A DNA stretch of 64,000 nucleotides from contig CAZKGL010000001.1 of NCBI GenBank assembly GCA_964552565.1, forward strand, positions 119,649 to 183,648, read 5' to 3'. Below are positions 17,964 to 29,900 of the stretch, piece after piece. A program made the position numbers and the translations under genes. The stretch's first letter is position 1. Every line of letters begins with the position of its first letter. The DNA comes from an uncultured Gammaproteobacteria bacterium. Its GTDB lineage: Bacteria > Patescibacteriota > Patescibacteriia > UBA9934. The notes under the pieces are model-generated. The model was not told where the DNA came from and ran no database searches. It worked only from the letters and a program-made list of their open reading frames with translations.

Positions 17964-19076
17964 ATGGGCACACTACGAAAAGCAATTCTCGCGGACCTCG
18001 TCCATTACGCGCTGCCGAAAAAGGAGGCGGAGGACCGCATGCGCGAGCTTGAGGAACTGACGCGCACCTACGGCGGCGTGGCGGTCGTGAAGACGATCCA
18101 GCGTCGCGCAAAGCCGGATTACCGCACCTTCATCGGGAAAGGGAAGGTCGACGAGGTGGCGGCGCAGGGCAAAGCGCTCGGCGCGGATCTTTTGCTTGTC
18201 AACGAAATCCTCAAGCCGCAGCAGCTGTACAACCTTGAAGAGCTCTTGCGCCCGGCGAAAATCCAGGTGTGGGACCGCATCGATCTCATTTTGCACATCT
18301 TCGACAAGCACGCGAAGACCGCGGAAGCGAAGCTCGAGATCGAGCTCGCGAGCATCCGCCACATGGGCCCGCGCATTTTCAACATGAGCGCCGAGCTCGG
18401 CCGCCAGCGCGGCGGTACCGGCACCCGCGGCGGTACCGGTGAAACGAACACCGAGGCGATGAAACGCCACTTGCGTGAACGCGAGCAGCACATCCTGCAG
18501 AAGCTCGAGAGATACCAGGGCACGCGCAACCTCCACCAGGAGCACCGCCGCCGACACCACAAGAAAACGGTCGCGCTCGTGGGCTACACAAACGCGGGGA
18601 AGACCTCGCTCCTCAACACCCTCGGCAAGCGTCGCGAGTTTGCGGCCAACAAGCTGTTTGCCACGCTCGATACTCGCGTGGCTGACGTGTATATCCCCGA
18701 GCTCGGCGAGACCGTGCTGCTTTCGGACACCATCGGGTTCATCCAGGGCCTGCCGCCGTCCCTCATCCGCGCATTCCGCTCCACGTTGTCCGAGGCCGCC
18801 ACCGCAGACCTGTTGCTGCATGTCATCGACGTGTCCGACCCGAAGTTTGGCGAGAAGATCGCGGTCGTCGAGGGCGTGCTCGACGCGATGGGCATCGCCG
18901 ACCATCCGCGCATGTACGTCTTCAATAAGATTGACGCCGTCCGAGACCCCGAACGCCTGCGCCGCGAACTCGGTGACTGCGGGGTCATCGTCTCCGCGGA
19001 GCGCGCCGTCGGCGTCGCGGAACTCAAGTCGGCGATTGCTCGCACGTTCTCCACAACCGCCCGCGTGTCGCCGTAG
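17964..19076 (+). CDS. hflX: GTPase HflX
   Basis: HflX N-terminal domain plus a G domain (GYTNAGKTSLLN...DTIGF). The start is taken at the ATG of MGTLRK. The upstream part of the track ORF lies in the repeat element. Confidence 0.9.
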   Translation: MGTLRKAILADLVHYALPKKEAEDRMRELEELTRTYGGVAVVKTIQRRAKPDYRTFIGKGKVDEVAAQGKALGADLLLVNEILKPQQLYNLEELLRPAKIQVWDRIDLILHIFDKHAKTAEAKLEIELASIRHMGPRIFNMSAELGRQRGGTGTRGGTGETNTEAMKRHLREREQHILQKLERYQGTRNLHQEHRRRHHKKTVALVGYTNAGKTSLLNTLGKRREFAANKLFATLDTRVADVYIPELGETVLLSDTIGFIQGLPPSLIRAFRSTLSEAATADLLLHVIDVSDPKFGEKIAVVEGVLDAMGIADHPRMYVFNKIDAVRDPERLRRELGDCGVIVSAERAVGVAELKSAIARTFSTTARVSP

Positions 19077-19135
19077 ACGAAGTGCGGTACAATAGGTGCA
19101 CTGAATTCCCCGTGCTTGTCCTTGTGGAGAATGTT

Positions 19136-20944
19136 GTGCGTCTCAGAAAATGTTCGTATCCCTTCATCCTCGCCGCGCTCGCGGCCGGCGTGGTGCTGTT
19201 TGCGCCCGACGCGTTCGCGCAGACGGATTCCGTCGAAGAGGTCGGCACCGCCGCGGGGTTCGGCACCGCCGGGCTCATGGAGATCGTCGGTACCATCATC
19301 TCCGTGGTGCTCGGCATCCTTGGCGTGGTCTTCCTGCTCCTCATCATCGCGTCCGGCTTCCTCTGGATGACGGCGGGCGGGAGCGAGGACAAGGTGAAGC
19401 GCGCGAAACGCATCCTCATCAACGCGACGATTGGCCTCGTCATCGTCCTCATGTCGTACGGCATCGCGTCGTTCATCTTGAACGCCATCGGGGACGCGAC
19501 CGGATTCGATGCGGACGGCGACGGAAGCTCGGTCTCGACCGAGCCGCGTTCGGGTTCGCTCGGCAGCGGCAGCATCCGCGACCACTATCCGGAGCGCAAC
19601 GCGACCGACATCGCCCGCAACACCCGCATCATCGTTACGTTCTCGGACGCGATGGACATCGAGTCGTTTATTACCGGCTACGACACGAACGACACGCCGG
19701 ACGACACGAGCGACGACACGACCGCGACCGCCATCAACAGCGACATGGTGCAGATTTACCAGTCCGGCGACGAGTCGACGACGCTCACCGACGTCAGCGT
19801 TGCGTTTACCGACGATTTGAAAACCTTCGTGTTCGACCCTGCGGAGTACCTCGGCAGCGCGACCGAGGACGTGTCGTACACGGTTTCCCTCAGCACGAGT
19901 ATCGAGACCGCGGACGGCGAGGACGCATTCACCGGCGTGTACAGTGGCGGGTATGAATGGTCGTTCGAAGTCGGCACGACCATCGACCTCGACCCGCCGA
20001 GCATCCAGAGCGTCATCCCGGTCGAGGGCCAGAGTTACGACCGCAACATCACGGTCGAGATTACGTTCGACGAAGCGATCGACCCGACGTCGGCGTCGGG
20101 GACCCGCGAGGCGGACAGCGGCTTCCAAAATATTCAGACGGTGGGCACGTCGGGCGCGCCGGAGGCGGGAACCTACGAGATCAGCAACGGCTACCGCACC
20201 GTAACCTTTACGTCTACCGACGCCTGCGGGACGAATTCGTGCGGCGAGACCATCTACTGCTTGCCCGCGAACGACAGCATCACGGTGACCGCGTACGCCG
20301 CCACCGCGGAGAGCGACCCGCCGCAAGCGGACAGCTTCCCCTACGACGGTATCGTCGACACTGCCGCGAACAGCATGGACGGCGACGGCGACGGGACCGC
20401 GGGCGACGACTACGAATGGAGTTTTACGACGACCGGCGACATCAACCTCGAGGGCGCGACTATCGAGTCGATCGCCCCGGACATCCTCGCCGAAGGACAG
20501 GCGCTCGACCAGGACGTGGTGATCACCTTCGACGACATCATGCGCACCTCGACCCTGACGAGCGACAATATTACGCTCGAAAACTACGAATCCTCGACCG
20601 GTTCGACGCACGAGATGTACTACCTGCCGCGTGCGACGAGCCTGGACAGTTCCGGCGCGGAAGTGACGTCGGATACGCAGACGCCGGTGCAGACGCAGGT
20701 GACGGTCGGCCACGGCATCTTCCTCGAGTCGGTCGACGGGCTGACGTACCTCTACGGCGTCATGGTCGGCGAAGGCGTGGAGAACCAGTACCAAAACTGT
20801 TATAGCCCGGCCGAAGGTCCGGACGCGACCGGCGGCGCGTGCGGCGTCGACGACAACTCGCCGTCATGCTGTAACGGTTCCGCCTCGTCCGAGACGTGCG
20901 ATTTCTTCCCGGACGCGACCACCACGACCTCGACCTCCTCATAA
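19136..20944 (+). CDS. secreted/surface protein with CPR-type T4SS-pilin-like N-terminal domain (paralog A)
   Basis: Signal peptide, then a two-TM hairpin with the motif FLWMTAGGSEDKVKRAKRIL. C-terminal ~470 aa is an Asp/Thr-rich extracellular region. The start is ambiguous, from the track GTG at 19082 to the GTG at 19136. Confidence 0.6.
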   Translation: MRLRKCSYPFILAALAAGVVLFAPDAFAQTDSVEEVGTAAGFGTAGLMEIVGTIISVVLGILGVVFLLLIIASGFLWMTAGGSEDKVKRAKRILINATIGLVIVLMSYGIASFILNAIGDATGFDADGDGSSVSTEPRSGSLGSGSIRDHYPERNATDIARNTRIIVTFSDAMDIESFITGYDTNDTPDDTSDDTTATAINSDMVQIYQSGDESTTLTDVSVAFTDDLKTFVFDPAEYLGSATEDVSYTVSLSTSIETADGEDAFTGVYSGGYEWSFEVGTTIDLDPPSIQSVIPVEGQSYDRNITVEITFDEAIDPTSASGTREADSGFQNIQTVGTSGAPEAGTYEISNGYRTVTFTSTDACGTNSCGETIYCLPANDSITVTAYAATAESDPPQADSFPYDGIVDTAANSMDGDGDGTAGDDYEWSFTTTGDINLEGATIESIAPDILAEGQALDQDVVITFDDIMRTSTLTSDNITLENYESSTGSTHEMYYLPRATSLDSSGAEVTSDTQTPVQTQVTVGHGIFLESVDGLTYLYGVMVGEGVENQYQNCYSPAEGPDATGGACGVDDNSPSCCNGSASSETCDFFPDATTTTSTSS

Positions 20945-20953
20945 CGTACGGCC

Positions 20954-23900
20954 ATGTCACGCTTCCGACTTCGCCATGTCCTGCCATTCCTCGCCGGTCT
21001 TTCCTTGATCGGCGTGTTGGCGTTTACGCCGGACCTTCTTGCGCAGAGCGAAAGCCTGACGGAGGTCGGCGATGCATCGGGTCTCGGCAGCGAGGACCCG
21101 CGTATCATCATCGCCAACATTATCCGGACGTTCCTGACGGTCCTCGGCGTTCTTGCGGTGCTCATCGTCCTCTACGGCGGCTGGGTGTGGATGACGGCGG
21201 GCGGGAATGCGGAGAAGGTCGAGAAGGCGAAGAAGATCCTCATCCGCGGCGGTATCGGCATCGCGATTATCCTCATGTCGTGGGCCATTACGACGTTTGT
21301 CATTACGGCGCTTCTTGATTCGACCGGCGGGAGCGGCGGGAGCGGCGACGACAGCGATGGTTCGGGCGGCGGCGTCCTCGGCGGCGGCAGTACGACGAGT
21401 TTCAGCGTGACCGACTACTCGCCGGAAGGCGCGGTGTCCATCCGCAACGTCCAGCTGCGCGTGACGTTCTCAAAGACGCTCGACGACGAGACGGTCGAGG
21501 GCAACATTGTCGTGACGAACGCGTCGAGCGGGGAGGCAGTGGACGGCGCCATTACCGTCAGTGGGAACAAGGCGACGTTCGTCCCGAGCGCGGCCTGCCC
21601 GTCGCCCAACGAAGACCGTTCCTGTTTTGACGCGGACACGGAATTTACCGTGACGGTTTCGGAAGCCATCGAGAGCTCCTCCGGCACTGCGCTCACCTGC
21701 GGCGCGGACGACTGTACGTCGAGCTTCACGACCGGCAGCCTCGTCGATACCGAAGACCCGGTCGCGGAAATCACGGATCCGGAGCGCGGCGACGGGGTCG
21801 AGGCGGGCAGCGTGGAGACCATCCAGGTCCATGCGACCGATGACACGGAAGTCTCCGGAGCAGATTTTTCGCTCGATGAGGAGGAATTCGATTCGGTCGG
21901 CGCGGAAGGTGACGACTTGAGCGACGTGACGATTGAATCGACGTGGGACACGACCGAACTCACGGTGGGGCAGGACTACGAAATCTCCGTGACGGTCACG
22001 GACATCGCGGGGAACACGGATGGCGTTTCCGTCGACGTCACTGCGCGGGGCGCGTGGTGCTTTAACGACGAGATCGACGAGGAATACGGAGAAACGGGAT
22101 TGAACTGCGGCGGCGACTCGTCGAGCGCGGAGTATTGCGGCGCATGCGACGGTTCGAGCTGTACCGAGGATTCAGAATGTTCCAGCGGCAGCTGTGTCGA
22201 CGGCGTCTGTACCACCTTGCCGGAGATCGAGAGCGTCTCGCCGGGCAGCGGCGCGGTCGGGACGTACGTCACGGTCAGCGGCTCCGGCTTCGGCACGAGC
22301 ACGGGGACGGTGGCGTTCACATCGGAGGACGGGACCACCACGGTCGAAGCCGACATCCCGTCGTGCAGCGACGGCTGGTCGGACACCGAGATCGTCGTCG
22401 AGGTGCCGGAGGGCGCGGGCGACGGCCCGATTACCGTGACGACGGACGATGACCTTTCCGACGCGACGGACGATGACGCGGGCGCGCTCATCGACGATTT
22501 TGACGTGAACGATACCGAGCGGCCGAAGCTATGCTCGCTCTTCCCGGACGAAGGCGAGTCGACCGACGGGACGACGCTCTCCGGTTTGGACTTTGGCGAC
22601 GAGCAGGGGAGCTCGACCGTGTCGTTCGGGACGTCCGCCGCCGGCTCGTATACGAGCTGGGAAGACACGTCGGCCAGCGTCACCGTCCCGGCCTTGGAGG
22701 ACGGTGAGTATGACGTGGTCGTGACCGTCGATGGCGTCGAGTCGAACGCGGTGACGTACACCGTGGAAGAGGACACGACCGGCGACCCGGTGATTACCGG
22801 CATCGACCCGTCCGAGGGCGCGGTCGGCGACTACATCACAATCAGCGGTGAAAACTTCGGCATCCTCGTCGGTACCGTCCGTCTTGTCGACGATGCGGGC
22901 AACGAGGCGGTCGCTGAAGTCGATTTCCCTGAGGAATGCGCGGAGGACTATTGGGAGCCGACCGAGATCACCGTCATCGTCCCGGAGGAGTATCAGAGCG
23001 GCGACGGGCTCAGTGCCGGCGCGTTTGACGTGTACGTGGTGACGCAGGAGGGCGCCGAATCGGACACGACGAGTTTTACCGTCGAGGACGGCGACCCGTC
23101 GCCGGGTATTTGTGCGATTGATCCTGACGTCGGCCTCGCGGGGACGTCGGTAACGATCTATGGCGAGCGCCTCGGGTCTGACGAGGGTTCGGTCGCGTTT
23201 TACGACGAGGACGGCGACGTGGCCGCGACGGTCGACGAAGACGGTTGGTCGAGCGATGCAATCTCGCTGACGGTCCCAAGCGGGGCCGAGACCGGCCCGG
23301 TGACGGTGACGTCGTCTGCGGGCGATGAGAGCAACAGCATTGATTTTGAAGTCTCCGATGCCGGCGCTGCGGAAACCGAGACGGAGCCGGCATCGTACGG
23401 ATGGTACTTCTCGACCGGCGAAATCCCGGAGACCCCGGAGCTGCTTGTGGAGTGTTCGGACGACCGCATCAGCGGCGTGCCGAACAACCGGTTCACGTCT
23501 GACGGCGTCTGCGTGGAGGCAATGGTGTACGGCGAATTCTCCACGGTCATGAACGAAGGGTCGATCACGGACGCGCTGACGGTGGAAATGTGTACTGCCG
23601 CCGGCGAACAGCCGTGCGACACGACGACCGACGTCACCGGCGACGGCACGCTTGAGGTATCCTCGTCGACGACGAGCACGACGTTCAGCTGGTCACCGTC
23701 GTCGACCTTTACCGCAGACACGACGTATCGAGTAACCGTCTCGACCGCCGCGATGTCGGACGAGGCGCAGGCGCTCGACGACGACGTATCGTGGGAGTTC
23801 ACGACCGCATCGTCCTCGGAGACGTGCGAGGTCGACACCGTCCATGTCGTTCCGAGCGCGGCGACGATTACCGAACAATACGCGACCGAGCAGTTTACCG

Positions 23901-26900
23901 CGGTGCCCGCCGACGGCTGTGTCGTCGTCGACGGCGACGACTATACGTGGGACTGGTACGTCTACAGCGGCGTCGCAAACCTGACCAGCGACGACGAGTG
24001 CGCGGGCGGCACGACCGACTGCACGCTTGTTGAGGCGCTTGCGGAGGGCGAAGCGGATGTCATCGCGGAAGAAACCGCAAGCACGACGAGCGGCCAGGCA
24101 GACCTGACCGTGGCGTTTACCGATCCGTACGTCTCGGATTACTGGCCGGATTGCGACCAGGCGTGCAGCAACGGCGAGATCGGGGCGAGTTTCAATACTG
24201 CGGTCACGAGCACTTCGCTCGAAACCGACGGCCGCGTCGAACTGTACGAATGCGACAACGAGCTCTGCGCGGTCGGTCCGGCGGACGAGTACGGGTCGTA
24301 TGACGTGGTCGCGACCGATTGCGACGACGATGACCCGTCGTTGTGCGCGGGGGTGGCGATTTCACCCGATGCGGAGCTGACCCCGGGGACGTATTACCGC
24401 GCCGTCATCAGCCGTCGCGTGGAAACCCCGAGCGGCGTTTCGTTGACGCGCACAAACTACGATACCGGCTTCTCGTGGGTGTTCCGGGTGATGGAGGGCG
24501 ACGCGACGTGCGCCGTCGAACGCATTGAAGTGACGCCGGTCGACGCGGTTGCGGACGCCATCGGCGACCGCCAGACCTTCACGGTCGACGCGTACGGCAC
24601 GCCGGACGCGTGTTCCGTCGCGGGCCAGCTCTTGTCCGCATCGGACTACGACTGGTCGTACGGCGCATGGTCCGACGACGGGAGCGACGCGGCAGTCGAT
24701 GTCGCGGATTGGTGGGATGTCGGGTCTTCGAGCGGTTTTGTCGACACAAGCATCGAAGACGTCCCGGAGGGCTGCACGGCCTCGTGTATCCCGTCCGGCA
24801 GCACGGCGCTCGACGCCGTGTGCGGCGATGGAACCGTGGACAGCGACGCGGGAGAAGAGTGCGAAGACGGGAACACCGCGGACGACGACGGGTGTTCGTC
24901 GAGCTGTCTGTATGAAGGGTCGGAGACGACCTGCGGCGACGATGTCGTCGATACGTACGAGGAGTGCGACGACGGCGGAATCGCGGACGGCGACGGATGC
25001 TCCTCCGTCTGTCTGAACGAGGGGTCCCGCGCGATCGGCACGACGTGCGGCAATGATGACGTCGCATACGAAGCGGACCAGGGCGGCGAGGATTGCGACG
25101 ATGGCAACGTCGTGAACGGCGACGGATGCTCCTCCGTCTGTCTGAACGAGGGGTCGCTGACCCTCACCGATGTTGGCGGCGCCGTGTGCGGCGACCTCGA
25201 TATTACCGAGCCGTACGAAACCTGCGATGACGGCGGCACGACGGACGGCGACGGCTGCTCGTCCAACTGCACCCGCGAAGGCGCGGACGGCAGCTACGGG
25301 ACCTGCGGCAACGACAGCACGGAGCAGGGGACGTACGGCGAAGGCGAGGATTGCGACGGCGAAGAATGGTGCACGGATTCCTGCACGTACGGCGGATCGT
25401 CCGTCACGTACTCCGAGCCCTCGTTCTGCGGCGACGGCACGGCCGGCCTCGGCGAAGTGACCGCCTGCGAATCGTCGGGCGGCGACGACAACACCGACTC
25501 GCTCCAGCTTGCGTACATTACCGACGACGCTGCACAGGAGGTCGATACGGACACGAACGTCGCGATTGCAACCGTCACGGTGACTGAGCCCGAGTCCGGC
25601 CTTTCGACGGACGTGACGTACACGCTGGCGTGTTCCGCCGCGACCGACACGGACTGCTCGGATCCGGAAACGTATGGCGTCGGCCTCGGGAACTGCTGCA
25701 TTGCGCGCCCGACCGCGACCCTGTACCCGAACGGCACGGATGCCTGCCGCAACGCGGCGATCTACGGCATCTTCACCCAGGAGATGGACCTCGGCTCGTT
25801 CAGCGTCACCGACACGGACGGCGACACGACGCCGCGGATGTACCTCGTGCTCGACACCTCGACGACCGACGACGGCGCGTGTCCGTACGACGACGAGCTC
25901 GCATGGCTCGGCGAGGACTCTTGGATTGCGGAGACATGGCTGCGCATCCGCCGCATCGTGACCGGCCACGCCGCGGAAGCGGCGCCGGGCGAGGACGAGT
26001 GCGTCCTGCCGGTGTCGAGTTACGCCCAGGAAGCGCAGGACGACGGGACGTTCAAGGTGCGGATGCGCTACGGCGAGGCGCTCGAGGCGGACGTGACCTA
26101 CACGCTGCGCATTGAGGTCGACAGCGACAACACGGACACGAGCAAGGACGGCGTGCTGTCCGCGGACAATGTCGCCATGTACGACGCCGACGGCGTGATT
26201 GAAGAAACATTCTCGACCGGCAGCGAAATCTGCACGCTCGACAGCGTTGTTGTGGAAGATACGGACGACGAGAGCCCGTATTACTTCTCGCAGTACGGCG
26301 AGGAGCATACCTTTACGGCAACCGCGTACTCGTACAACGGCTCGACCCGCCAAGAGCTCGAATCCATCGACGATGTCTACTCGTGGACGTGGTCGAGCTG
26401 GGAGGAGGAGGCGAGCGAGTCGGTCGTGGATGTCGCGCAGAGCACGACCACGGGCACTGAGGACGAAGCGGCGGTCGAGGCGACCGGCGAAAACGGCGAG
26501 GCGGTCATCGTCGCGACCGCTACCATTGAGGACGACGTGGTCGGCGACAGCGAGGGCGAGGAGGTGACCGGCTCGGAGGATGTCGTGGTCTACCTTTGCC
26601 AGAATACGTGGCCGGACATTACGGCGACCGAATTCCCTTGGAGCGACGACGAGGACGGTATTGATAACGGCGCGGAAGAGGGGAACGGCTGGATGAACTT
26701 CTCGACGTACTTCTGCCGCGACAGCGGGGAAGCGGACGACACAAGCGACGACCTGCCAGGCGTCAACGTCGTGTATGCAACGGATTACTCGAGCGCCGAC
26801 GACATCCTGAAGGAGTATCTCTTCGAGGTCGACGACGGCAGCGGGGACGCGATCGGCTTCCGTATCGTGTCGAATTCCGAGTACTTGGGCCCGGAACAGT

Positions 26901-29900
26901 GGTTTGAGGCCCAGGGCTTCTCGGGTTCGCCGCAGACGACCACCATCGACGGCTTCCAGGCGGTCACCGATGGCCGCACGACGTACGTCGCGGCGCCGAA
27001 CCAGTCGGACACCTCGCTGTACTCGAATATCTACGTCATTTCGTACAACGAAGGGGCGAGCGAGGAAACGACCGACCTGTACGACCAGATCCTCGAAAAC
27101 ATCTCGTTCGCCATCAACGTCGACAACGACTGCGACGCGGAGGACGGCGAAACCTGTACGGACGCATGGAGCACGCTCCAGCGCGACACGAAGCGCCTTG
27201 CGGACCTCACGACGGTCGCCGCGCTCGTTGAGACCTATGTCGACGAGAACGGCGTCGTGCCGCCGCTGTCGTCCGGTACGTACGTCCGGAGCATGGGGTC
27301 AAGCGTCTGGGATTCGTGGGGCGACCTGCTCGGCGCGGCGCTCGGCGACTCCGATCTGCCGACCGACCCGCGCAACACCTATGACGGCTGCGGCGCGGAT
27401 CCGTTCGCGTCCTACGACGAGGATACGTGCGTGAACGAAACCGCCGGCCAGTACCTCTGTCCGGAAGGGTCGTACGCCTACCATTACCGCGCGGTCGGCA
27501 CCGACGGGGTCACGCTGTATGCGGACCTCGAGTATGACGATGCGGCATGGGTGAACCCGATCGACGCCGATACGTCGGACGACATCGACTACGAGGTGTA
27601 CAGCGCCATGAGTTCCGGCGACGGCTTTACGTCGACCGCGTTCTGCGACGGCTCCTCGAGCGGCGGCACCGTGTACGGCTCGACCGGTTCGTGCGGCGAC
27701 GGCGTCGTGAACACGAGCATCGACAGCGACGGCGACGGCACGGCGGACACGGTGGAGACGTGCGAGATCGGCGAGTCGGGCGGTACTGCCGAATGGTGCG
27801 ACAGCGACCTTGCGAGCGACGGCGACGGGGACGGCGATCCGCTCAACGATTGGGACGGCTCGGTGAGCCAGACCTGCAACAGCGCCTGTACCGGCTGGAC
27901 CGACGACAGCGACGCCGAGTGCGTCCTGTGGTCATGCGGCGACGGCGTCGTGGACACCACCGACGGCGAGGAATGCGACGACGGCGCGCTGAACGGGCAG
28001 TACGGCTATTGCAGCAACACCTGCTCGTACGACGACGCGTTCTATTGCGGCGACGGGTCGCTTGCGGGCAGCGAAACCTGCGACTGCGGAGCGCCGGGCG
28101 AGAGCACGATCGTCGACCCGACGCAGTCGCGCCCCTACGGCGGCACGAGCTATAGCTGCGTGACGACCGAAGGTAACGGCACCTACGACGAAAATCCGTA
28201 CAACACCTGCGCATGGGATTGCCAGGGCCCGGCGTCGTACTGCGGCGACGGCGTCGTCGACAGCGGCGAAGAGTGCGACGGCGACACCGAGCACTGGGAA
28301 GGCAAGCTCTGCAATCTGTACTCCACTGCGGATACGTTCGGCCAGGCGTGCGAGACGGACGCGGATTGCGAGCGGTACTCGGATGCATCGCTGCCGAACG
28401 CCTTGTGCGGCGACGCGAGCAACGACGACTTCGAGGCGTGTCCGGAAACGACGGTCTGCGTCGCGGGCACCACAAGCCTCATCGGCACGGAGTGTACGGC
28501 CGACAGCGACTGCGGGACCGACGGCGCCTGCTCGGACATCGCCTACCAGACCTACCGCACCCGGACGTGCGAGGACGACGGTGCGAGTGGGGAAACGTGC
28601 GACTGGGACGTCCCGTCCCTCGGCCTCTACGGCATCTCGTGCACGGCACTCGGGAGCTGCGGCGACGGCACGGTGGACGACAATGAGGAGTGCGACGACG
28701 GCAATGACGATTCGACCGACTCGTGCACGAACGAGTGCACGGACAATGTCTGTGGCGACGGGTACCTCTACGTCGGCGAAGAGCAGTGCGACGAAGGGAC
28801 GGAAAATGGACAGGGCTGCAGTTCGAGCTACGAATCGACCTGCACATCCTGTTCGGAGACGTGCCGGTACGAAACGTCGTCCGGCGACTTCTGCGGCGAT
28901 GGCGAGATCAACGGCGACGAGTACTGCGACGCCTACGCCATGCCGTACCAGTATGCGATCAGCGTGACGTACGATGAGGCCGAATCTGAAGACGACTTCA
29001 ATCCGTTCGCCGGCGAGACGGTCGTGTGGACGTATGGCGACTCCTGTGACACGCTCGGTGAGACCGTTATCGATTATGCGGACGAGTCGGACGAGTCGGA
29101 TGTCACCTACACCTGTTCCATGATTGGGTACTGTAACGGCGGCGACAGCAGCTACGGCGGCAACGGCGACGAGTGCTTGACCGACTCGGACTGCGATGAA
29201 GGCGACTGCGTCATGACCGTCTGCGCGGATGATTGCGACAACACGTGCCCGGAGACATACGAGTCCACCGCGCTCCTCCTCACCGCGGAGCAGCCGGGCG
29301 CGACCGCAGAGACTGCGGTCGACCTGTACACGTACTCCGACAGCGGGGAAGCGGAGGTGCCGAACTCGGCGACGATCACGTTCCCTGCCTGTACCATCGC
29401 GTCTTCGCTCGTTGCGGACATCTCGATGGACAACGTGGAACTGACCGAGTACTACATCGTCTTCGTGACCGACACGTCGGGATCTATGGATGACAGCTTC
29501 GATGGTTCCCAGACGTCCGGCGTCCCCGTCGACGAGCAGCGTATTACCGCCGCGGTCGACGTGCTCCGTGAGGCGATCCAGAGCCTGTACGATGCAAGCG
29601 AAAACATGCATATCGCGCTCGTGCAGTATGACGACACTGCGTACGAGGAAACGTCCGGCGACGGCGGGCCGACGGCATTCACGGACGCCGACCAGGAATC
29701 CAACCTTCTGTCCACCATCAACAGTTACTACGTTGCGGGCGGCACGACAGAGACCGACGACGGCCTTGCCATGGCGAAGGCGCTCCTCGACAGCGAGGCG
29801 TCGGACCGCACCTCGAACGTCCGGAAAATCATCGTCCTCCTCTCGGATGGGGAAGAAAATAGCACGTCCGATGCGGGAAGCGTGGCGGACGAGATCAAGG